Shown: piece by piece, positions 54,730 to 64,000 of the stretch
Numbering within the stretch: the stretch's first letter is position 1
How the letters are laid out: each line of letters starts with the position of its first letter
From: Azolla caroliniana
Lineage: Eukaryota > Plantae > Polypodiophyta
Assembly: GCA_043228905.1 (NCBI GenBank)
Contig: JBHGNT010000055.1
Coordinates: forward strand, 1-64,000
DNA: 64,000 bases
Reading direction: 5' to 3'
The notes under the pieces: generated by a model
What the model was told of the DNA's origin: nothing
What the model saw: only the letters and a program-made list of their open reading frames with translations
Databases searched by the model: none
Program-made: the position numbers and the translations under genes

Positions 54730-57700
54730 AATCTTGATTATTTAGTTCCATATAATAGCTAGCGTTGTTAGCTTCGATAGGAATGTTTGAACACACAAAT
54801 CCGATATCACACGACCCAGGTATAAACATTTTAATTTACTCAAGGGCTCCTCTCAACTCCCTCCTCAGGTTTGGTAATATCTTCATATCTCTCGACCTGA
54901 GTTTCAAAATCTTGATTTTTTAATACCATATAATAACTAGCGTTGTTAGCTTCGATTCGCAGGTTTGAACACAAAAATCCGATATCACACGAGCCAGGTA
55001 TGAACATTTTAATTTACTCAAGGGCTCCTCCCAACTCCCTCCTCAAAGTTGGTAATTTCTTCATATCTCTCGACCTGAGTTTCAAAATCTTGATTTTTTA
55101 GTTCCATATAATAGCTAGCGTTGTTAACTTCGATACGAATGTTTGAACACAAACATCCGATATCACACGAGCTAGGTATGAACATTTTAATTTACTCAAG
55201 AGCTCCTCTCAACTCCCTCCTCAAGATTGCTAATTTCTTCATATCTCTCGACCTGAGTTTCAAAATCTTGATTTTTTAGTTCCATATAATAGCTAGCGTT
55301 GTTTGCTTCGATTCGCATGTTTGAACACACAAATCCGATATCACACGAGCCAGGTATGAACATTTTAATTTACTCAAGGGCTCCTCTCAACTCCCTCCTC
55401 AAGATTGCTAATTTCTTCATATCTCTCGACCTGAGTTTCAAAATCTTGATTTTTTAATACCATATAATAGCTAGCGTTGTTAGCTTCGATACGAATGTTT
55501 GAACACACAAATCCGATATCACACGAGCCAGGTATGAACATTTTAATTTACTCAACGGCTCCTCTCAACTCCCTCCTCAAGATTGCAAATTTCTTCATAT
55601 CTCTCGATCTGAGTTTCAAAATCTTGATTTTTTAATACCATATAATAGCTAGCGTTCTTAGCTTCGATTCGCAGGTTTGAACACACAAATCCGATATCAC
55701 ATGAGCCAGGTATGAACATTTTAATGTACTCAAGGGCTCCTCTCAACTCCCTCCTCAAGATTGCTAATTTCTTCATATCTCTCGACCTGAGTTTCAAAAT
55801 CTTGATTATTTAGTTCCATATAATAGCTAGCGTTGTTAGCTTCGATAGGAATGTTTGAACACACAAATCCGATATCACACGACCCAGGTATAAACATTTT
55901 AATTTACTCAAGGGCTCCTCTCAACTCCCTCCTCAGGTTTGGTAATATCTTCATATCTCTCGACCTGAGTTTCAAAATCTTGATTTTTTAATACCATATA
56001 ATAACTAGCGTTGTTAGCTTCGATTCGCAGGTTTGAACACAAAAATCCGATATCACACGAGCCAGGTATGAACATTTTAATTTACTCAAGGGCTCCTCTC
56101 AACTCCCTCCTCAAATTTGGTAATTTCTTCATATCTCTCGACCTGAGTATCAAAATCTTGATTTTTTAGTTCCATATCATAGCTAGCGTTGTTAGCTTCG
56201 ATTCGCATGTTTGAACACAAAAATCCGATATCACGCGAGCCAGGTATGAACATTTTAATTTACTGAAGGGCTCCTCTCAACTCCCTCCTCAAATTTGGTA
56301 ATTTCGTCATGTCTCTCGACCTGAGTTTCAAAATCTTGATTTTTTAGTTCCATATAATAGCTAGCGTTGTTAGCTTCGTTACGAATGTTGGAACACAAAA
56401 ATCCGATATCACACTCGCCAGGTATGAACATTTTAATTTACTCAAGGGCTCCTCTCAACTCGCTCCTCAAATTTGGTAATTTCGTCATGTCTCTCGACCT
56501 GAGTTTCAAAATCTTGATTTTTTAGTTCAATATAATAGCTAGCGTTGTTAGCTTCGATGCGTATGTTTGAACACAAAAATCCGATATCACACGAGCCAGG
56601 TATGAACATTTTAATTTACGCAAGGCCTCCTCCCAACTCCCTCCTCAAAGTTGGTAATTTCTTCCTATCTCTCGACATGAGTTTCAAAATCTTGATTATT
56701 TAGTTCCATATAATAGCTAGCGTTGTTAGCTTCGATACGAATGTTTCAACACACAAATCCGATATCACACGAGCCAGGTATGAACATTTTAATTTACTCA
56801 AGGGCTCCTCTCAACTCCCTCCTCAAGATTGCTAATTTCTTCATATCTCTCGACCTGAGTTTCAAAATCTTGATTTTTTAATACCATATAATACCTAGCG
56901 TTGTTAGCTTCGATTCGCAGGTTTGAACACACAAATCCGATATCACACGAGCCAGGTATGAACATTTTAATGTACTCAAGGGCTCCTCCCAACTCCCACC
57001 TCAAATTTGGTAATTTCGTCATGTCTCTCGACCTGAGTTTCAAAATCTTGATTTTTTAGTTCCATATAATAGCTAGCGTTGTTAGCTTCGATACGTATCT
57101 TTGAACACAAAAATCCGATATCACACGAGCCAGGTATGAACATTTTAATTTACTCAAGGGCTCCTCCCAACTCCCTCCTCAAATTTGGTAATTTCTTCAT
57201 ATCTCTCGACCTGAGTTTCAAAATCTTGATTTTTTAGTTCCATATAATAGCTAGCGTTGTTAGCTTCGATACGAATGTTTGAACACACAAATCCGATAGC
57301 ACGCGAGCCAGGTATGAACATTTTAATTTACTCAAGGGCTCCTCTCAACTCCCTCCTCAAATTTGGTAATTTCGTCATGTCTCTCGACCTGAGTTTCAAA
57401 ATCTTGATTTTTTAGTTCCATATAATAGCAAGCGTTGTTAGCTTCGATACGAATGTTTGAACACACAAATCCGATATCACACGAGCCAGGTATGAACATT
57501 TTAATTTACTCAAGGGCTCCTCTCAACCCCCTCCTCAAGATTGCTAATTTCTTCATATCTCTCGACCTGAGTTTCAAAATCTTGATTTTTTAATACCATA
57601 TAATAGCTAGCGTTGTTAGATTCGATACGAATGTTTGAACACAAACATCCGATATCACACGAGCTAGGTATGAACATTTTAATTTACTCAAGAGCTCCTC

Positions 57701-60700
57701 TCAACTCCCTCCTCAAGATTGCTAATTTCTTCATATCTCTCGACCTGAGTTTCAAAATCTTGATTATTTAGTTCTATATCATAGCTAGCGTTGTTAGCTT
57801 CGATACGAATGTTTGAACACACAAATCCGATATCACACGAGCCAGGTATGAACATTTTAATTTACTCAAGGGCTCCTCTCAACTCCCTCCTCAAGATTGC
57901 TAATTTCTTCATATCTCTCGACCTGAGTTTCAAAATCTTGATTTTTTAATACCATATAATAGCTAGCGTTGTTAGCTTCGATACGTATGTTTGAACACAC
58001 AAATCCGATATCACACGAGCCAGGTATGAACATTTTAATGTACTCAAGGGCTCCTCCCAACTCCCACCTCAAATTTGGTAATTTCGTCATGTCTCTCGAC
58101 CTGAGTTTCAAAATCTTGATTTTTTAGTTCCATATAATAGCTAGCGTTGTTTGCTTCGATACGTATGTTTGAACACAAAAATCCGATATCACACGAGCCA
58201 GGTATGAACATTTTAATTTACTCAAGGGCTCCTCCCAACTCCCTCCTCAAATTTGGTAATTTCTTCATATCTCTCGACCTGAGTTTCAAAATCTTGATTA
58301 TTTAGTCCTATATCATAGCTAGCGTTGTTAGCTTCGATACGAATGTTTGAACACACAAATCCGATATCACACGAGCCAGGTATGAACATTTTAATTTACT
58401 CAAGGGCTCCTCTCAACTCCCTCCTCAAGATTGCTAATTTCTTCATATCTCTCGACCTGAGTTTCAAAATCTTGATTTTTTAATACCATATAATAGCTAG
58501 CGTTGTTAGATTCGATACGAATGTTTGAACACAAACATCCGATATCACACGAGCTAGGTATGAACATTTTAATTTACTCCAGAGCTCCTCTCAACTCCCT
58601 CCTCAAGATTGCTAATTTCTTCATATCTCTCGACCTGAGTTTCAAAATCTTGATTATTTAGTTCTATATCATAGCTAGCGTTGTTAGCTTCGATACGAAT
58701 GTTTGAACACACAAATCCGATATCACACGAGCCAGGTATGAACATTTTAATTTACTCAAGGGCTCCTCTCAACTCCCTCCTCAAGATTGCTAATTTCTTC
58801 ATATCTCTCGACCTGAGTTTCAAAATCTTGATTTTTTAATACCATATAATAGCTAGCGTTGTTAGCTTCGATTCGCAGGTTTGAACACACAAATCCGATA
58901 TCACACGAGCCAGGTATGAACATTTTAATGTACTCAAGGGCTCCTCCCAACTCCCACCTCAAATTTGGTAATTTCGTCATGTCTCTCGACCTGAGTTTCA
59001 AAATCTTGATTTTTTCGTTCCATATAATAGCTAGCGTTGTTAGCTTCGATACGTATCTTTGAACACAAAAATCCGATATCACACGAGCCAGGTATGAACA
59101 TTTTAATTTACTCAAGGGCTCCTCTCAACTCCCTCCTCAAGATTGCTAATTTCTTCATATCTCTCGACCTGAGTTTCAAAATCTTGATTTTTTAGTTCCA
59201 TATAATAGCTAGCGTTGTTAGATTCGATACGAATGTTTGAACACAAACATCCGATATCACACGAGCTAGGTATGAACATTTTAATTTACTCCAGAGCTCC
59301 TCTCAACTCCCTCCTCAGGTTTGGTAATATCTTCATATCTCTCGACCTGAGTTTCAAAATCTTGATTTTTTAATACCATATAATAGCTAGCGTTGTTAGC
59401 TTCGATACGTATCTTTGAACACAAAAATCCGATATCACACGAGCCAGGTATGAACATTTTAATTTACTCAAGGGCTCCTCCCAACTCCCTCCTCAAATTT
59501 GGTAATTTCTTCATATCTCTCGACCTGAGTTTCAAAATCTTGATTTTTTAGTTCCATATAATAGCTAGCGTTGTTTGCTTCGATTCGCATGTTTGAACAC
59601 ACAAATCCGATATCACACGAGCCAGGTATGAACATTTTAATTTACTCAAGGGCTCCTCTCAACTCCCTCCTCAAATTTGGTAATTTCGTCATGTCTCTCG
59701 ACCTGAGTTTCAAAATCTTGATTTTTTAGTTCCATATAATAGCAAGCGTTGTTAGCTTCGATACGAATGTTTGAACACACAAATCCGATATCACACGAGC
59801 CAGGTATGAACATTTTAATTTACTCAAGGGCTCCTCTCAACTCCCTCCTCAAATTTGGTAACTTCTTCATATCTCTCGACCTGAGTTTCAAAATCTTGAT
59901 TTTTGAGTTCCATATAATAGCTAGCGTTGTTAGCTTCGATACGAATGTTTGAACACAAACATCCGATATCACACGAGCTAGGTATGAACATTTTAATTTA
60001 CTCAAGAGCTCCTCTCAACTCCCTCCTCAAGATTGCTAATTTCTTCATATCTCTCGACCTGAGTTTCAAAATCTTGATTTTTTAGTTCCATATAATAGCT
60101 AGCGTTGTTAGCTTCGATACGTATGTTTGAACACAAAAATCCGATATCACACGAGCTAGGTATGAACATTTTAATTTACTCAAGGGCTCCTCCCAACTCC
60201 CTCCTCAAATTTGGTAATTTCTTCATATCTCTCGACCTGAGTTTCAAAATCTTGATTATTTAGTTCTATATCATAGCTAGCGTTGTTAGCTTCGATACGA
60301 ATGTTTGAACACACAAATCCGATATCACACGAGCCAGGTATGAACATTTTAATTTACTCAAGGGCTCCTCTCAACTCCCTCCTCAAGATTGCTAATTTCT
60401 TCATATCTCTCGACCTGAGTTTCAAAATCTTGATTTTTTAATACCATATAATAGCTAGCGTTGTTAGATTCGATACGAATGTTTGAACACAAACATCCGA
60501 TATCACACGAGCTAGGTATGAACATTTTAATTTACTCAAGAGCTCCTCTCAACTCCCTCCTCAAGATTGCTAATTTCTTCATATCTCTCGACCTGAGTTT
60601 CAAAATCTTGATTATTTAGTTCTATATCATAGCTAGCGTTGTTAGCTTCGATACGAATGTTTGAACACACAAATCCGATATCACACGAGCCAGGTATGAA

Positions 60701-63700
60701 CATTTTAATTTACTCAAGGGCTCCTCTCAACTCCCTCCTCAAGATTGCTAATTTCTTCATATCTCTCGACCTGAGTTTCAAAATCTTGATTTTTTAATAC
60801 CATATAATAGCTAGCGTTGTTAGCTTCGATACGTATGTTTGAACACACAAATCCGATATCACACGAGCCAGGTATGAACATTTTAATGTACTCAAGGGCT
60901 CCTCCCAACTCCCACCTCAAATTTGGTAATTTCGTCATGTCTCTCGACCTGAGTTTCAAAATCTTGATTTTTTAGTTCCATATAATAGCTAGCGTTGTTT
61001 GCTTCGATACGTATGTTTGAACACAAAAATCCGATATCACACGAGCCAGGTATGAACATTTTAATTTACTCAAGGGCTCCTCCCAACTCCCTCCTCAAAT
61101 TTGGTAATTTCTTCATATCTCTCGACCTGAGTTTCAAAATCTTGATTATTTAGTCCTATATCATAGCTAGCGTTGTTAGCTTCGATACGAATGTTTGAAC
61201 ACACAAATCCGATATCACACGAGCCAGGTATGAACATTTTAATTTACTCAAGGGCTCCTCTCAACTCCCTCCTCAAGATTGCTAATTTCTTCATATCTCT
61301 CGACCTGAGTTTCAAAATCTTGATTTTTTAATACCATATAATAGCTAGCGTTGTTAGATTCGATACGAATGTTTGAACACAAACATCCGATATCACACGA
61401 GCTAGGTATGAACATTTTAATTTACTCCAGAGCTCCTCTCAACTCCCTCCTCAAGATTGCTAATTTCTTCATATCTCTCGACCTGAGTTTCAAAATCTTG
61501 ATTATTTAGTTCTATATCATAGCTAGCGTTGTTAGCTTCGATACGAATGTTTGAACACACAAATCCGATATCACACGAGCCAGGTATGAACATTTTAATT
61601 TACTCAAGGGCTCCTCTCAACTCCCTCCTCAAGATTGCTAATTTCTTCATATCTCTCGACCTGAGTTTCAAAATCTTGATTTTTTAATACCATATAATAG
61701 CTAGCGTTGTTAGCTTCGATTCGCAGGTTTGAACACACAAATCCGATATCACACGAGCCAGGTATGAACATTTTAATGTACTCAAGGGCTCCTCCCAACT
61801 CCCACCTCAAATTTGGTAATTTCGTCATGTCTCTCGACCTGAGTTTCAAAATCTTGATTTTTTCGTTCCATATAATAGCTAGCGTTGTTAGCTTCGATAC
61901 GTATCTTTGAACACAAAAATCCGATATCACACGAGCCAGGTATGAACATTTTAATTTACTCAAGGGCTCCTCTCAACTCCCTCCTCAAGATTGCTAATTT
62001 CTTCATATCTCTCGACCTGAGTTTCAAAATCTTGATTTTTTAGTTCCATATAATAGCTAGCGTTGTTAGATTCGATACGAATGTTTGAACACAAACATCC
62101 GATATCACACGAGCTAGGTATGAACATTTTAATTTACTCCAGAGCTCCTCTCAACTCCCTCCTCAGGTTTGGTAATATCTTCATATCTCTCGACCTGAGT
62201 TTCAAAATCTTGATTTTTTAATACCATATAATAGCTAGCGTTGTTAGCTTCGATACGTATCTTTGAACACAAAAATCCGATATCACACGAGCCAGGTATG
62301 AACATTTTAATTTACTCAAGGGCTCCTCCCAACTCCCTCCTCAAATTTGGTAATTTCTTCATATCTCTCGACCTGAGTTTCAAAATCTTGATTTTTTAGT
62401 TCCATATAATAGCTAGCGTTGTTTGCTTCGATTCGCATGTTTGAACACACAAATCCGATATCACACGAGCCAGGTATGAACATTTTAATTTACTCAAGGG
62501 CTCCTCTCAACTCCCTCCTCAAATTTGGTAATTTCGTCATGTCTCTCGACCTGAGTTTCAAAATCTTGATTTTTTAGGTCCATATAATAGCTAGCGTTGT
62601 TAGCTTCGATACGTATGTTTGAACACACAAATCCGATATCACACGAGCCAGGTATGAACATTTTAATTTACTCAAGGGCTCCTCTCAACTCCCTCCTCAA
62701 ATTTGGTAATTTCTTCATATCTCTCGACCTGAGTTTCAAAATCTTGATTATTTAGTTCCATATAATAGCTAGCGTTGTTAGCTTCGATACGAATGTTTGA
62801 ACACACAAATCCGATATCACACGAGCCAGGTATGAACATTTTAATTTACTCAAGGGCTCCTCTCAACTCCCTCCTCAAGATTGCTAATTTCTTCATATCT
62901 CTCGACCTGAGTTTCAAAATCTTGGTTTTTTAATACCATATAATAGCTAGCGTTGTTAGCTTCGATTCGCAGGTTTGAACACACAAATCCGATATCACAC
63001 GAGCCAGGTATGAACATTTTAATGTACTCAAGGGCTCCTCTCAACTCCCTCCTCAAATTTGGTAATTTCGTCATGTCTCTCGACCTGAGTTTCAAAATCT
63101 TGATTTTTTAGTTCCATATAATAGCTAGCGTTGTTAGCTTCGATACGTATCTTTGAACACAAAAATCCGATATCACACGAGCCAGGTATGAACATTTTAA
63201 TTTACTCAAGGGCTCCTCTCAACTCGCTCCTCAAATTTGGTAATTTCTTCACATCTCTCGACCTGAGTTTCAAAATCTTGATTATTTAGTTCCATATCAT
63301 AGCTAGCGTTGTTAGCTTCGATTCGCATGTTTGAACACACAAATCCGATATCACACGAGCCAGGTATGAACATTTTAATTTACTCAAGGGCTCCTCTCAA
63401 CTCCCTCCTCAAATTTGGTAATTTCTTCATTTCTCTCGACCTGAGTTTCAAAATCTTGATTATTTAGTTCCATATAATAGCTAGCGTTGTTAGCTTCGAT
63501 ACGAATGTTTGAACACACAAATCCGATATCACACGACCCAGGTATAAACATTTTAATTTACTCAAGGGCTCCTCTCAACTCCCTCCTCAGGTTTGCTAAT
63601 TTCTTCATATCTCTCGACCTGAGTTTCAAAATCTTGATTATTTAGTTCTATATCATAGCTAGCGTTGTTAGCTTCGATACGAATGTTTGAACACACAAAT

Positions 63701-64000
63701 CCGATATCACACGAGCCAGGTATGAACATTTTAATTTACTCAAGGGCTCCTCTCAACTCCCTCCTCAAGATTGCTAATTTCTTCATATCTCTCGACCTGA
63801 GTTTCAAAATCTTGATTTTTTAATACCATATAATAGCTAGCGTTGTTAGATTCGATACGAATGTTTGAACACAAACATCCGATATCACACGAGCTAGGTA
63901 TGAACATTTTAATTTACTCCAGAGCTCCTCTCAACTCCCTCCTCAAGATTGCTAATTTCTTCATATCTCTCGACCTGAGTTTCAAAATCTTGATTATTTA
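54730..64000 (+). repeat. Long-range duplicate of ~29900-36850 with internal rearrangement (including a block repeated at a 16-monomer, 2848-bp offset)
   Basis: Offsets are 24837 (30715/55552, 31961/56798), 24303 (33563/57866) and 27151 (32598/59749, 33563/60714, 34453/61604, 35699/62850). Pairs 57866/60714 and 58756/61604 differ by 2848. Confidence 0.9.

Larger units (their letters stand above)
1..64000 (+). repeat. 178-bp tandem satellite DNA array (~360 monomers, single orientation, runs off both window ends); probably centromeric or pericentromeric
   Basis: ACCTGAG monomer starts at 1, 179, 357, 535 and onward. Spacings between equivalent repeat-derived ORFs are exact multiples of 178 except across indels near 15677, 15752, 42325, 46050 and 49759. 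The centromeric role is inference only. Confidence 0.99.

Noticed and set aside
58756-61963. Two 119-aa minus-strand ORFs
   Set aside because: They arise from one stop-removing SNP (TTTTTCGTTCC) that was copied by the 2848-bp duplication. There is no coding evidence.
836-63095. Recurrent 61-81 aa ORFs on both strands (MKLRSRDM..., MLASIR..., MSKLKCS...)
   Set aside because: They are translations of the satellite and open or close with single SNPs. The 178-bp period is not a multiple of 3, most begin at non-ATG codons, and I recognise no domain.
1-64000. CRISPR array or other repeat-spacer system
   Set aside because: There are no unique spacers, the whole unit is repeated with SNP-level variation, and no cas genes are present.

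Overview
The whole 64 kb window is one uninterrupted, head-to-tail, single-orientation tandem satellite array. The monomer is 178 bp (about 38% GC, about 360 copies). Consensus: ACCTGAGTTTCAAAATCTTGATTTTTTAGTTCCATATAATAGCTAGCGTTGTTAGCTTCGATACGAATGTTTGAACACACAAATCCGATATCACACGAGCCAGGTATGAACATTTTAATTTACTCAAGGGCTCCTCTCAACTCCCTCCTCAAGATTGCTAATTTCTTCATATCTCTCG. The nucleosome-plus-linker length, high homogeneity and higher-order repeats (HORs) fit a eukaryotic centromeric or pericentromeric satellite. That is inference, and I do not recognise the family: it has the length of Arabidopsis CEN178 but not the sequence I recall. No credible genes, RNAs, transposons or CRISPR arrays are present, and all listed ORFs are by-products of the repeat. 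The informative structure lies in the variants: a recurring 9-mer HOR; tandem duplications of 3, 6, 7, 16, 21 and 27 monomers; a duplication about 25-27 kb away; only five net length changes (including one 41-bp deletion present twice); a divergent monomer subfamily confined to 42.9-54.7 kb; and internal homology suggesting the monomer arose from two shorter (81+97 bp) units. I see no evidence for a new protein- or RNA-based system. Block boundaries were read by eye from marker SNPs and are approximate to about one monomer.
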